A DNA stretch of 64,000 bases from contig MCFH01000024.1 of assembly GCA_002104945.1 (NCBI GenBank), positions 124,001 through 188,000 of the forward strand. The letters run 5' to 3'. Below, one piece after another: positions 43,709-59,157 of the stretch; position 1 is the first letter of the stretch, and each line of letters starts with the position of its first letter. Made by a program: the position numbers and the translations under genes. The notes beneath the pieces are model-generated. The model saw only the letters and a list, made by a program, of their open reading frames with translations, was not told the DNA's origin and ran no database searches. Source of the stretch: Piromyces finnis finn. Taxonomy: Eukaryota; Fungi; Neocallimastigomycota.

Positions 43709-44693
43709 ATCAATTAAAATGTAAACTACTTTCACAAAATAAATAACTATTTATACAAAACGTAAAAAGAATTAGTTATTTTATTACTTAATCATTATTA
43801 TTAACAATTAATAACAATTGCACATCTACATAACTATATACAATATTTTTAATTATTAAAAAAAACCTAAAATTAAACAAAAATTATTGTAATTATTAGA
43901 AAAATAAGAAAAAAAAACGATAGAATATCTACAATTTTAGCAATAATAAATATGTAGATATATAAAATAATATATATAAATTTCCAACAATTAATAAATA
44001 AAATTCATAATCTTGAAAAAATATACTATATATATATATTATGATATTAAATAATTTTTAAATAATAGAAATATTATAATTTAAATTTGTATATTTGTTG
44101 TTGTTGATAAAGGAATAAAAGGGATATTAAAAATTTGTCTATAATATGCATTATGCTATAGACAAATTTTTAATGTTGAAAGCTTGTACTAAGTATATTA
44201 TTTTAAAATATTAAAAGGATATTATAATACAATACTTTATAAGGTATTTTTCTGTATAATTTATGTATTTGAATCTAAATAATAAATATTATTTTTATAA
44301 TAAAGATTATTTTTTATTACGATAGTAAAGTCTTTTTATAAAAAGAAATGCCAGTTAATATATAAATATATGTTTAATGTAGTTTATTGTTTTTTTTAAA
44401 GAAAAAGCATTATTGTTAAAGATAGTTTTTTGTGTGAGTTTGTGGCTTATATTGAATTTGTATACAATAATGTTTATTAAATATAATGAAGTGTGAAATG
44501 TGTCTCAATAATCATTTAAAAATTAAAAAAAAAAAAAATTATTTATAACATATTAATTAAAGTTTATTATTCTTAGATTAAAAAAAAGTTTCTTTTTGTT
44601 AAATAAACTGGATTAATTAAATTTTCAAAAAAAAAAAAAAGTATTTTCACCTTTATAATAAAAAAATAAAATAAAAAAGAAGCATAAAAGAAA

Positions 44694-45490
<797 letters not shown>

Positions 45491-45591
45491 TATACAACAA
45501 TAATAATTATTTATAATTTAGTTTAATGAACAAATAGATTAAACTGTTCACTCTTAAAAATAAATATCCAAACTTTTGATATCAATATAAT

Positions 45592-45626
<35 letters not shown>

Positions 45627-46288
45627 AAAGAAAAAGCATATTAATATTATTATCAAAATAAATATACAAATATAGATGTGGAAGAATTTATAAAGTGTAA
45701 TTCACATCAATATTTTGAATATTTATTAAAGGAGAAACCAGTCTACTAAATATAGAATAATTTATAGTTCTCAATACATTTTTAATAGCACCAAATTATT
45801 TGAATTATTCCTTTTTTTTTTTTTTTTTTTTTCTTACCTAAAAATAATACTATACTATAATCTTAAAATATATTATACATTTTAATCAACTATTATTCAA
45901 TAATTTAATGAAATAAATTTTTTACTATTTTATATGAACAAAGTTATTTAATAAATTTTAATTTTTTTATTGTTTTGATTTATTATACGAATAGAGGAAA
46001 CATTATTTAATAAAAATGAAATAGAAATTAAAAAAAAAAAAAAAAATCAAAATAGTATTTTATTAAATGTGTTTTTAATGATATTATTGTTATTATTGAT
46101 GTTGCTTTCGTTTTCTTCATTTTTTTTCTTTTTTTTATAAAAAGTAAAATAAATAAAATAAAAATATATTTTTTTTTCATTATTATTTATTTCAAAATAT
46201 GAATATATAAATATAAATATTCTTTTTTCAATATTGATTAATACTTCATTTTATAAATATTAAATTAAATAGACTGTACTATTATAAT

Positions 46289-49200
46289 CTAAAAATCAAA
46301 GAAACTTCTAAATGATTCTAAATCTCTAGCGTCAACCCTATCCAATAAATCTTTTCTTCCTAAAGTAATTAAAGCAGTACGTAAAGTTTCCCAAACTGAT
46401 GTTGAATTTGCATCTGGTCCATCACCAATACCTTCAACTCCATAGTATTCATTATTTCCTGATTGGATAGATAAAGCGCCAAGTAAATGTTCAACTGCCT
46501 CTTTAACTTCATTAATATTCATACAACTAATAGCTAAATTATATCTTGCTCTAATATAAGATGGATTAATTTCTAAAGCATGGAAATAGGCCTCAATAGC
46601 CTTTTGGGGTTCATTATTGTTAGCTAGCATAGCACCTAATCTATTATATAAAATATGATCCTATTGATATTATTTAAATATTAGTATAATGATTCTAACC
46701 TTTTATTTCTTTTAATAATACTAGGATTTAAAATTAATTTTTATTTTTTTTTTAAAAAAAAAAGAAAAAGAAAAAATTTACCATAGGTCTTTTACTAATT
46801 GCTGCTTCAAAGCAATCAATAGATTTATCATAATCACCAGATAAGTTAAATAATAAGCCAAGTCCAATTTGAACATCAGCATCTAAATCAACACCTGGCT
46901 TAAATCTAGCACATTCTAATAACAAATCTGTAAGGAATTTATGACGATCTGAAGAATGGTTCATAAACATTGGATATTTATTCAATAAATGGCTGTATTT
47001 ATCACTATTAAGAATCCATGATTCTAATGAATCATAAGAATTTTCAATATATTCTTCATTTGAATAAGAAATAGCTAAGGACATCCAAGCATCTAATAAT
47101 TTTGGATTGAGTTCTGTGGCCTTTTTTAATGCTGAAATAGCTTGTGGTTCTCTTTCATTTTCTTGTTGACGATTACCAAGTTCTAACCAAGCATTTGCAT
47201 TTTTTGGATCATTTTGTACAATAGCTTCTAATGCTAAAATAGATTCAACTAAATTTGAAAGACTTAAGGCTTCATCTAATGTTGGGATGGTATAATTTAA
47301 TATAAATGGATTATTCTTTTGGAAGACATAATCAGTGTATAAATTGTCAGCAGCACGTAAGCTGGAATCTGATTGATCAGTGGTATCTATACCTGCCCAT
47401 TCTTTATTTTTAGAATCAACATCGATATCTTTTATATTATTTTGGTAATCACGAACCCAGTCTTCTAAACTATATTGTCTTTCTTCAACAACTTCATTTT
47501 CAAGGTTTTCTATAATTTCTTCATCAGTCTCTTGTTCTCTTTGAGAATCTTGATATTGCGTAGATGTTGATGCAGCTTCTTCACCAATGTCTAGTTTGTC
47601 TCTCATAAGGTTATTTAATTCTGTTACGGGTATATTGTTATTTAAGCTTTGAAGGTAACTAGATTCTGCTAAATTAATAGAAGCATTATCATAAGTACTA
47701 TTATTTAAGTATTGAGGTTCGCTTTGTTTTCCTTTACTCTCTGAAGAATTTTCTTGTTTAGCTTTAGCTAATTCTGCTTCTTTTTCCTTTCTTATTTCTT
47801 CAGCTACATATTTTTGATAACTATCACCCCACATAACAGGTTCTTCAGCTTCACCATCACCCATAAAATAGTTTGCCCACTCAGCTTCTTCATATCCAGC
47901 ATAATTTTCTTCCCATACATTTTCTTGTGAGTTCATTTCATAGCTTTCTTCATCATCTACTTCTTCTTCAACAGTTTGATTTGGATCACCAAATCTTGAA
48001 TGATCATAAATTGATGAAGATTGATTATATATATCTTCATTATAATTAATAGGTGATGATTGTTGTTGCTGCTGTTGTTCATATTGCAAGTTTTGTTCTT
48101 CGAGAGCTTCTCTTTGTGATTGCTCTTGGATGTGTTTTTCCATCTCTTCTTCTTTAGTGTTAATATTCATTCCATGTAATTCATCCATTTTTTCTTTATG
48201 CATTGCATTTAATTTTTCAGTTAATTCTACCGGATCAATGTTTAATTCGACATTCGGTATTTCTTTTATATTTTGTTCTTTATAATCATCAACTAATACA
48301 TTATTTTCTTCATTATTTATTTGGGTATTATTAAATTGATTTATATCATATATTTCTTCACCATAAATTTGTTGTGGTTGAGAAGTGCTAACACTTGGAA
48401 CTTCATCAAGTGGATTTAATGATGGTTCATGTTCCTCAAATGATTGTTTATTACCCTCATCTTTTGATACAACTTTATTTTCTTTAATGGTAACTTCGTG
48501 ATCACGTATTTGTTTCATAAAATCCATGAATTTTGAATCTCTAAATTTTGGATTATTTGAATATTGAACCGAATCTAAAACTAATCTTGCTGCTTCTGCT
48601 AATTCCTCATCATCTACTTCGGTAAATTCTTGTTGCTTTGAAAATTCATCAACCCATTTCTCTGCTTCCTCTTGTATATGATCTGAAGATATTGCTTCCT
48701 CTGAATTTGCAATTACTAAATTTTCATATTTAAAATAATACATATATTAATTTAATTTTAATAAAATAATATTTCCATAGTTATTAATGAATAAAAAAAA
48801 TAAAAAAAAATAAAAATTTATTATATTTTTATTACATTTAGCATTTTCGAATGCTTTATCTAATTCTTGTTTATCGATATTAGCTTGTTTATTGGCATTA
48901 GCCATTGAATTATTTACATTACTATTTAACATAGTTGCATAAGGTGTTTGAAACTGAAATTGAGGCATAGGATTTTGATACATTACTTATTATTTTTAAA
49001 AATAAAATTATATATAAATTGTTATAATTAAATATAAAAAATTATAGTAATTGATTAATAAATAAAATTTAATAATAAATTGATAAATAATAAAAGAAAT
49101 GTTAAATATATACATGGTGTATTAAATGGTTGTAATTGTGGTTGTGGTGTAGTTTGCATTTGATTGAAATCATTTATAAAACTAGCAGATGTCTCATTCA

Positions 49201-49937
49201 TAAAATCAGTTGCCCAATTATCCATTTTATTTATATTTTGTTTATGAGCTTCTACAACAGGAGGTTTTGGAGTATTTACCATTAAAGATGGTATAGTTGG
49301 TGCTGGTGGTACTATAGTATTGAGTTCATTATAAAAATTTTTAAATTGAAATGAATCATGCATTTCTGGCATAGTATTTCCATTATTAAAAAAATTATCA
49401 ACTGTCTTTATTACAATTAATTAATTACAGCATCAAAATAAAATTTAATTTTATAAAATATAATTTTTTAAAAAAATAATATAAAAAAAGGATATACATA
49501 ATAATATTTAGTTTCAAAATTTAAATACAATTTTTAAATACATTTTAAAAATAAATTCTTTATATAACTAAATTATAAATAAATACTTTATGTTCATTAT
49601 TAACTATAGGGGCTTGGGAAGGTGATAAGAAATTCTAGATAAAAAAAATTTATACAGATGAATATATTTTTTAAAAATGCATACATGATTTATAATGAGA
49701 AAAATATAATTTTAATATTTACCATTCCTTGTTCAGGAAATTTACCCTTTTATTAAAAATAATAATTATAATGTTTTAATTAAAAATTCAATAAATTTAT
49801 ACTTATATATATATTTGGAATTTAGAATTTACCTTACGAAGTGAACCATCTTTATCTAATTGATTAACTAATTGCATTGTTGGATTAATACCAGCACATG
49901 CTGAATTAGAACCGACAAAATCTTGAAACCCGGACAT
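46289..49937 (-). CDS. PEX5: Peroxisomal PTS1 receptor Pex5, long form with PEX7-binding motif
   Basis: N-term MSGFQDFVGSNSACAGINP (conserved Cys); WxxxF/Y motifs WATDF, WVDEF, WEENY, WANYF, WGDSY, WVRDY; PKFRDSKFMDFMKQIRDHEV; TPRs AILALEAIVQNDPKNANAWLELGNRQQENERE, DADVQIGLGLLFNLSGDYDKSIDCF, LGAMLANN..AIEAYFHALEINPSYIRARYNLAISC. Confidence 0.95.
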
Positions 49938-51942
49938 GATTTGAAGTTATTTATATTAAAAAAAAAACTACAATCCAAAAAAAATCCAAAAATTTAATTT
50001 TACTTTTATTATATATATAATAAATAAAAGATTGATGATTATTTATAATTTATATAATAATTTTAATTTATTTTCAATTGGTTTAATGTATAAAATAAAG
50101 GAAAAGTTATGAATTAAATTCAATAATCGTATTTGCTTTTTCTTTTTTTATTATGTTCATAAATTAAACATTTTAATTTTAAGTTTTTAAATTCTTTTTT
50201 TAAAAAAAAAGTTGATTTTAATTTCTATTTTTTTCTTTTGGTATAACTTATCTAATACTAATAAATATTATATTTTTTTTCTTTCTATAAAGTATTTATA
50301 TATTTATCCTTCTTTTCTTATTTTATAAATGATTTAAGCATTACTAATGTGTTATTGTCGTTTTTAAAACTTTAAAAAAAGAAAAAAAGAAAAAGAAAAA
50401 AAAAAAGATTAAATTTGTATATTTAATGATATTGATATATAATAATATATGTAACTAATATATTTAAATTATATTCAAAATCTTTCTCAAATTATATTGA
50501 TATCAATAATTAATTTTAAAAAAAAAATTAAATTTTATCTCTTTTTTATATATTATAAATTTGTCGCAAAAATAAAAATTATTCCCTAAAAATAACCCAA
50601 AATACCTTTTTTTAATAAGTAAATTCTAATCTCTTAAAAATATTATATTTAAAATTTTGAAAAAAAAAATAGTGCAACATAAAAAAATTAAAAATAAAAA
50701 TCAATATATGAATCAATAAATAACAGAATAGCAAATATTATATTGTTGTATACAATAGATAATATACACAACAATATATTAAAAATTTTAATTTTTTTAT
50801 AAACAAAAAATGGTTAAGATTTGAAAATTGAAAGGGTTACATTTTATATAAAAAGTGTACTTTAACAATCGATGAGCAATACTACTACATAATAATATGT
50901 GTACATAATACTAATACTAATACTAAAACTAATACTAATACTATTAATACTGGTGCTGCTTTATCTTGTATATCTTTTAAAACTACTTTTATTACTGCTA
51001 TTACTATATCAAAGCAAAGATTTTATTTATGTTTTTACTATAAAATATAGCAATTATGTTAAATATTATTTATAAAATTTTATCTTTATTATTATTTAAA
51101 ATCTTTTTTTTTTTTTTTAAAAAAAAAGCATTGTTATAATGCATAACTTTTTGACAAAGTTTAGCACTCGAATGCTAAAAAAAATATTAGAAGCAACCAT
51201 ATTTTATTATAAATAACCCACATTTTTAACTTTTATAACAATTTATATATAAATCATATAATATTTTTATATTATATAGATTATATATAATAATTTTTGT
51301 TTTTTAATCCAGATACAATATATATTAAAATTTATAAATCTACAATAATATATAAATAAATAAATATATATATATAAATAAATAGATAAATAATAAATGA
51401 ATAAATAAATGAATAAATAAATAAATAAGTATAAAAGTTTTTAGAATTGTAGTGAAAATACCAAGATTATTAATTTCTGGTACCAAATAAATATGGCAAG
51501 AAATTTTTAAATTTATGTAATATTATATTAAAATAAATGTTAAATTTTAATGTAAAATGCTTTTTTTTTTTAATCATTTTTGTTTGTTATTGGTTAGATC
51601 AAAGCCCCATATATATATTATTAATCAGGATTTGTCCAATCAACAACAGTAATATTGTATGTTATTATTTATAATGTAAACTATTTATTACTTATTTCGT
51701 ACATACAAAAATGCAATTTGTATAGGCCAGATATTTTAATAAATAATTATTATCCATACATAAACATATATATAATTTATAATATTAAAAATATTTTTCT
51801 ATATAAATACTAAAAACTAATACATTATAGAATAATCAACGTAATTAGTTAAATGTATTAAAATATAATAATAAATTTAAATAATTTATTTTTTTTTTCT
51901 TTGCAATAAAACAAAAAAGAATTATATTAATAAAATATAAAG

Positions 51943-53833
51943 ATGCCAGCAACCGAGTATGTAAAATAAAATTAAAATAAAAAAAGCTTTATATATAATT
52001 AGAAGAAAATAAGAAAAGTGATTATAAAAGAATGATAATTAGTTGATATTAAAAAGTTGGATATAATGATAAATATATAGTATTATTTATTTTTAAAAAA
52101 AATAATAAAAATTTATAGATTATAAATTTTAAAATTGATTTTTTAATCTTATAATTAAAACTATTTTTTAGATAATGATTGCTATTATCATAAAAAATAT
52201 ATAGATTAAAAAGTTGTAATATTTTATTTTCTTAGAGTTTAAATTAATATATATATACAATTAAATTATAATTTATATAGTAAGGAATTCGCTAAACCAA
52301 GTTGGGGTGATGATGTCGATGATTTCGAACAAGGTAAAAATGATTGATATTATTATTATAATTGAGTGTAAATTAATAAAATATTAATTTTATTATTAAC
52401 ATATTCTTTTTTTTTTTTTTAAAATAAATCCTTTTTATTTTTATTTTATTTTTTTAATTATTATATAAAATTAAATATTAAAAATAAATGACATCCATAT
52501 CCATGTTATAAATAGACACTGAAAAAGATGAAGATGGAATTTTCACAGTTGTAGAAGAAAAAGTTAATGAAGATGGAAAGAAAGTCAAAGTATGATATCA
52601 TATTATTTATATTTTTAAGTATTGTATAATATTTTGCAAACAAAATTTTGAATTAAAAATATGTGAATAGAAATATATTTATAAAAACAAAAATCATCAA
52701 TAATCTTTACATAAAAAAACAAAAGTCATATAATACAAATGAGTTAAATCAATTAAAAATTATTAAATCAATGAAAATATAATCTATCCAATAAAATAAA
52801 GATTCCAATTTAAAATAAAAATAAAATTGATTTGTCCAAATATTATATTTGAAGAAAAAATAAATATTTTGACAAATAAAAATCATCAAAAAATAAACAA
52901 TTATTAAATTACAATTATTTTATTAATGCTACTAGGTTACTCGTAAGATCAAGAAGAAGTTAGTTAAGGAAGCTGTTAGCCATGCTGTTGCTGAAAGAAA
53001 GAAGTTAAAGAAGTTTGGTGCTTCTAAGAATGATCCATCTGGTCCACAAGAAGATACTACTAATATCAGTGAAGAAATCATTCTTAAATTATCTTCTAAC
53101 AACAAGGTAATTTAACAAATGTAAAAAAGCAGTATGTATCAATTTTATTAATTATTTATCGTTTTATTAACAAATAATAGGAAGGTATTAAGGTTGAAGA
53201 ACCAAAAGAAAAGGCTACTCCATCCAACATCGTTTGTCGTTACTGTAAGGGTGATCACTGGACTATTAAGTGTCCATACAAGAACACTATGTTACCAGAA
53301 CGTAATAAGATGTCTGAATCCAGAGAATCAAGTAAGAACAATAAATATAATAAATATTACTTAAATAGATAAATTTACACAATTTGCTAATAATCTAATA
53401 TTTGTTAACTTATTAAAAATAATAATATAAATTATTTTTAAAATATATGTAATTTAATATAATGCTTTTAATTAAAAAACAATTAGTGGCTTCATCAGTT
53501 TCTAATGAAGATGCTAAGCCAGGCAAATACATTCCACCAAATCTCCGTAATCGTATGGGTAGTGGTAGAGGTGAAGGTGAAAAACCACAATACGAAGAAG
53601 AAAACACTATTCGTATTACCAATATTTCTGAAGATACTACTGACCGTGACTTAAACGAATTAATCCGCAGATTCGGTCCAACTCAACGTGTATTCTTAAA
53701 GCGTGATAAAGGTTTCGCTTTTGTTACTTTCGTTAAAAGAGAAGATGCTGAAAGAGCTCTTAACACTCTTAACGGTTATGGTTACGATAGTTTAATTTTA
53801 CATGTTGAATGGTCAAACAGAAACAGAAACTAA
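51943..53833 (+). CDS. TIF35: Translation initiation factor 3 subunit G
   Basis: SWGDDV, DEDGIFTVVEEKVNEDGKKVKVTRKI, AVAERK..KKFG, zinc finger CRYCKGDHWTIKCPYK, KYIPPNLR, and C-terminal RRM (TIRITNISEDT..RVFLKRDKGFAFVTF..LNGYGYDSLILHVEW). Confidence 0.96.
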
Positions 53834-54617
53834 ATTCAAAATAATTAAAATCTTTATTATTTTAGGATTTTTTTTAAAAATAATAGAGGGAAATAATAAT
53901 GTTATTTTTTTTATCCACATTTAAAATTTTTATATAATATAAATTATTTATTATTTAAAAACTATTTCATTTTTAATCTGAAAAAAAAAAAAGAAAATAA
54001 AATTCCAAATTTATATAATAATAATATTAGCATTTCTTCATAATTGTAATAATATTATAATAAAAAAAATATACAAAAAAAAAATTAAAAAAGAATACAC
54101 ATAAAACATTGATTTTCATTTATTAATTATATTATTAAGAATTATTATTTGATAGATATTTTTTTAAAAGTTTTATTTTTATTATTATTTTTTAAGTAGT
54201 AATGAAGTTTAAAGTACATATATAAATTATTAAAATTTCTTAACACGTATGTTCATTAATTATTTGACAATAATAAATATATCATTAAATGTATTTTAAA
54301 AACATTAAGTATTAATATATATATATTTTTCTAATATAATTCTAAATTACACTTTTTGGAAATGAAGTATTTAATTTTTTTTCTTGTATAATAAGATATT
54401 ATTAAAAGAAATTATTTTTTTGTTTAACAATATAATGCAGTAACAATATTTATTATATATACATCACTAACAATTTATTAAAATAAAATCATAAAGCAAT
54501 TAATAAAAATTAAAATTTACAATTATTTCCTCCAAAATAAAAACATTTTAAATTAAAAAAAACTTTTATTTTTTTTTAATTAAATATAAATTTATTATTG
54601 AAAAAATTTCTTAAATA

Positions 54618-54626
54618 TGATTGGTT
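54618..54626 (-). promoter_or_regulatory. CCAAT box (AACCAATCA) about 325 bp upstream of MPP10
   Basis: TGATTGGTT on the + strand. Confidence 0.5.
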
Positions 54627-54948
54627 AATATCTTTTTTTTCAAAATATTATATTTTTTTTTAAATTTTTACTTTGTCGTAAGAGCGTTTTTATGAATAGC
54701 ATATAGAAGTGTTTGTAAAAATTTATACTCTATGCGATAAATAATATTGTTAATTTTAAATTTAATTCTATAACAAATTTCAATTAAAGACACTTTTAAT
54801 GTAATGATAATAAATAAATAAAAAAAAAGAAATATAAATTTATTATTATTATTATTATTTCATTTCAAAAAATAAAGAAAATATCAAATAATAATCTATA
54901 ATCTTTTAAATATTTATTTTTAATATAGAAAGTAATAAAATTTTATAA

Positions 54949-55240
54949 ATGACCGAAAGTTTATATGAAATTCCGGTTAATGATGATTTTATTAACCAAA
55001 TTTTAGACAAACCAGAAAAATTCATTGTTCCAGATGAAAAACTTGAAAAGAAAATATTAGGAGTTACAAAAAACTTATTTGATTTTGGTATTTATCATTA
55101 TTAATATAGATTATATATTATAAAAATGTCATTATTAAAAAAAGATAATTAATTTATAGTTAATTATTTATTAATTTATTTTTAAAACAATCAATTTCAT
55201 CTTTATTTTATATATGATATATATTATATTTAAATGTTTA

Positions 55241-55273
<33 letters not shown>

Positions 55274-57459
55274 TCTTTAATTTCAAATTTCAATCAAATT
55301 TCAAATTTTTAATATTTTATTTTGAAAATTATATATATTCCAATTATTTTCTTAACAATTAAAAACTATCAGGAATAAAAAATGAAAGTAATTCATCATG
55401 TCCACTTGAAGAATTATATATTGATGGTTTCGATAATGAACAAATTTGGGAAGAAATCCAACTTCAAAATATTCCATTAATTGAACAATTTAATGAAATT
55501 TCAAATGATATTATAGAAAATGATTTACAAATGTCAGAAGATGAAGAAGAAATTGAAGAAGAAATTGAAGAAGAAGATTTTGAAGATAATGAAGAAAATG
55601 AAGCTGAAGAAAATGATGATGATGAAGAAATGGAGAATTTAAATGAAGACATGGAAGAAGAAGATAAGGAAGAAGGTATTGAAAATGATGATGAAGATAT
55701 TATGGATGAAGAAGATTTTGATGAGGATGATGGTGATAATAAAAGAAAAGGATCAAATTCAAATAGAAAGTACAAGAAAACAGTTGTTGATGACCAATTC
55801 TTCTCATTAAGAGAAATGGAAGCTTTTGCTGAAGAATTTGAAAGAAAAGATATTTTACGTAGTAGAAGATTTAATGAAGAAGCAGATGGTGAAGGAGCTG
55901 AGGAAGATGATGAAGGTATGGCCGAAGAAGATTATGAATATATGAACTTTGATCAAGGTAAAAATTATTAAAATTATTATATATTTTATAAGCGATAATT
56001 AATTGTAAAAGAAAAAATCTTTTTATTAATTATTATTTTTTTTTGCCAAATTAATCATTAATAAAATTGATAAATTTTTTTCAAAATTAATATTATTTAT
56101 ATTAAAATAAAAGACTTTGATGATGAAGATGATGATACAGAAATTAAGTATGAAGATTTCTTTGGTCCACGCGAAGAATATGAAAAGAATAAGGAAAAAA
56201 ATGAAAATTCAGAAAAAGATAATATGAACGAAGATGAAGACGAGGAAAATGAAGAAGAAGAAGATGATGATGATGATGATGAAGAAAAGGAAGGTGATGA
56301 AGTTGAAGATGAACTTGATGAAGATGGTTTTCCAAATTTACATGAAAATGATGATGATGATAATGATGATGAAGAAGGTGAAGGTGAAGAAGAAGAAGAA
56401 GAAGAAGAAGAAGAAGATGATGATAATGATCAAAATTTAACAACAAAGATTAGTAATTTATTCAGCGAAGATAACGAAGAAGAAGGTGAAGGTGAATCTT
56501 TATCCACATTTGAAAAGAGTCAAAAGAAAATGCAAGAAACTATTGAAAAATTAGAAGAAGAAGCTATTGCTGATAAACACTGGGCATTAAAGGGTGAAAT
56601 TTCATCAAAGGGTAGACCACTTAATAGTTTATTAGAAGAAGATTTAGAAGTTGAACATGCTTCTAAACCAGTTCCAGTTATTACTGAAGAAGTTACTCAA
56701 ACATTAGAAGATATGATTCGTCAAAGAATTTTAGATAATTTATTCGATGATGTTGAAAGAAAGATAGATATTAATACCTTAAAACCAAAATATGATCCAA
56801 ATAAGCAATTTGAATTATTTGAAGAACAAAAGAAACAATCTTTATCAGAAGTTTATGAAAATGAATATCTCAGACAAACTGCTGGTGAACATCAAAGTGA
56901 AAAAGAATTAGAATTAGAAAAACGTCATCAAGAAATTGATGACCTCTTTAAAAAATTATGCCAAAACTTAGATGCTTTAAGTAACTGGCATTACGCTCCA
57001 AAACCAGCCAAGATGGAAATGACTGTTGTTAGTAATGTTCCATCTATTCAAATGGAAGAAGTTCTTCCAATTCACGAATCTGAAAATACTCTTTTGGCTC
57101 CAGAAGAAACTTATGAAAAGCCAAAGACCGATGTCAAGGGTGAAACTGAAATTGATAGTAGTGAAAAGAAGAGACAAAGAGCTAGAAGAAGAAAGATTAA
57201 GAAGGTTGAAAGAAAGCAAAAGGAAAGAGAACAAAAACTTCGTGCTAAGCTTTTACCAAATAGTATACATCAAAAGCATGCTAATAAGAAGCAAGCTTTA
57301 GAAACTTTAACTGGTAATAAGAATGTTACTATTATTTCAAATAATTCATTGAATTTACCAGGTGGTAAAAAGAAAAAGGGTAACGGTGCTAAAGTTATAT
57401 CCACTACTGGCGGAAAAGCATCTACAAATGAAAATTCACAAATATCTTTAAAATTATAG
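54949..57459 (+). CDS. MPP10: U3 snoRNP/SSU processome protein Mpp10
   Basis: LEELYIDGFDNEQIWEEIQLQN, DDQFFSLREMEAF, IKYEDFF, LSTFEK, KHWALKGE..KGRPLNSLLEEDL, PVITEEVTQTLEDMIRQRI, KQSLSEVYENEY, LDALSNWHYAPKP, VPSIQMEEVLP. Confidence 0.96.
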
Positions 57460-57636
57460 ACAAAATAATTCAATAAATCCTAATAAATTTTTAATTATAT
57501 ATATATTTATTTATTTAAAATAATTATAATATAGTAAGATTAAATCTATAATTTTTTTATTCTCAAATTTTATTTATCTTTTTTTTCATTTTACTTTTTT
57601 TTTTTTTTTTTTTTTTTTTCCAAAGAAATATATAGT

Positions 57637-57672
<36 letters not shown>

Positions 57673-57974
57673 AACAATAACCATTTTCATAAAACCTATA
57701 ACATGTATAATTATTTTTTTAAGAAGTAATAATTTTTTTTTCTTTTTTTTTTTTTTTTTATAAAAAAAAAAGTCAAAAACAATTAATAATAACAATAATA
57801 ATAATACTAAAAATAAAATAAAATATAGAATATTTAAAAAATACAACAACTTCCCTATTATGTTAAAGTAAAAACTATTTTAAAGTATGATCGTAGAATC
57901 TATCGATAATTTTTAAAAAACAGAAAGATGAAATGTTAAAAGGTTAAATATGTGAGAATTGGATAGAGAAAGAA

Positions 57975-58123
<149 letters not shown>

Positions 58124-59157
58124 TTATATTTGTTGATAAAGAATAAATTTTTATTTTAATATGTTTTAAGTTTTACTTTTTTTTTAGTCTTTTTTTTTTT
58201 TTTATTATAATACCTGCTATATATATTATATTATTATTTATTATTAAATATTAATATTATAACACTCTTTATTTATACAATTAATAGTAATTTTTATTAT
58301 TTACCTATATGTATAAATTATAGACTTTTAATAGAAAAAAATATTAATTTTTTTATAATTCCTATTACTTTTTGTTTTTATATATAGGCTAAAATTTTCT
58401 TAATAATAATATTTTTAAAAACATATAAACTAACCCTTTAAAATACATGGTAAAATTCTATTCAACTTAATCTAGAAAAAAAAAAATAATACTTGTCCGA
58501 TTAGGGCTCTATAAATTGCCATTTTTTTTTCTTTTTCTTGATATTATTCTTTTTAATATAGAAAAAAAGGTAGTTATACAAGGTAATAAATAATCAATAT
58601 TTAGTATAATTGTATTGCCTATTAATTTTTTATTCTACAAATAATAGGTGAATCCTTTTTTTTTTTTACCACAGAAAATTGAAAAAAAAATTTTTTTTAA
58701 TATTATTACAAAAATTCCAATATATATATATTTTTTAAACATCTTTTTCTCTATATATATATAAAGTTAAACAATTCTACTATTTTTGATGGTTATCATC
58801 TAAATAGTATACAATATCATATTTACACATTTACTTAATAAACATACATATATATACATATATATATTAATTTTATTTTTGTTTAATTATATTTTATTTC
58901 ATATTTTAAAAAAAAAAAAAAAATATTAAAAATAAAAATATAGATAAATATAAAGTAAAATAATTTTATAAATCTAAAAAAAATGTTATTTCAATTATTT
59001 AATAAATGATCTTTTTCTTTCTTTCTTTTCTTTTTTTTTATAAATATTTTATAAATATTTACAATATTATGTATAATATATATTCTTGATGGATAAATAA
59101 ATTAATAATGATTCAATCATTCTATTTTTTTTTTTTCCCTTTTTTTTTTTAAAAAAA

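Noticed and set aside
50860-51050. (ACTAAT)n-containing open stretch between PEX5 and eIF3g
   Set aside because: No start codon or splice context; best explained as a hexamer microsatellite.
57448-57459. MPP10 C-terminus (SLKL) as a PTS1 near PEX5
   Set aside because: The tripeptide LKL is non-canonical and Mpp10 is a nucleolar protein.
55464-57849. Small ORFs (poly-S, poly-H, poly-K/M) overlapping or next to MPP10
   Set aside because: Antisense or off-frame readings of acidic MPP10 exons, or of homopolymer runs.
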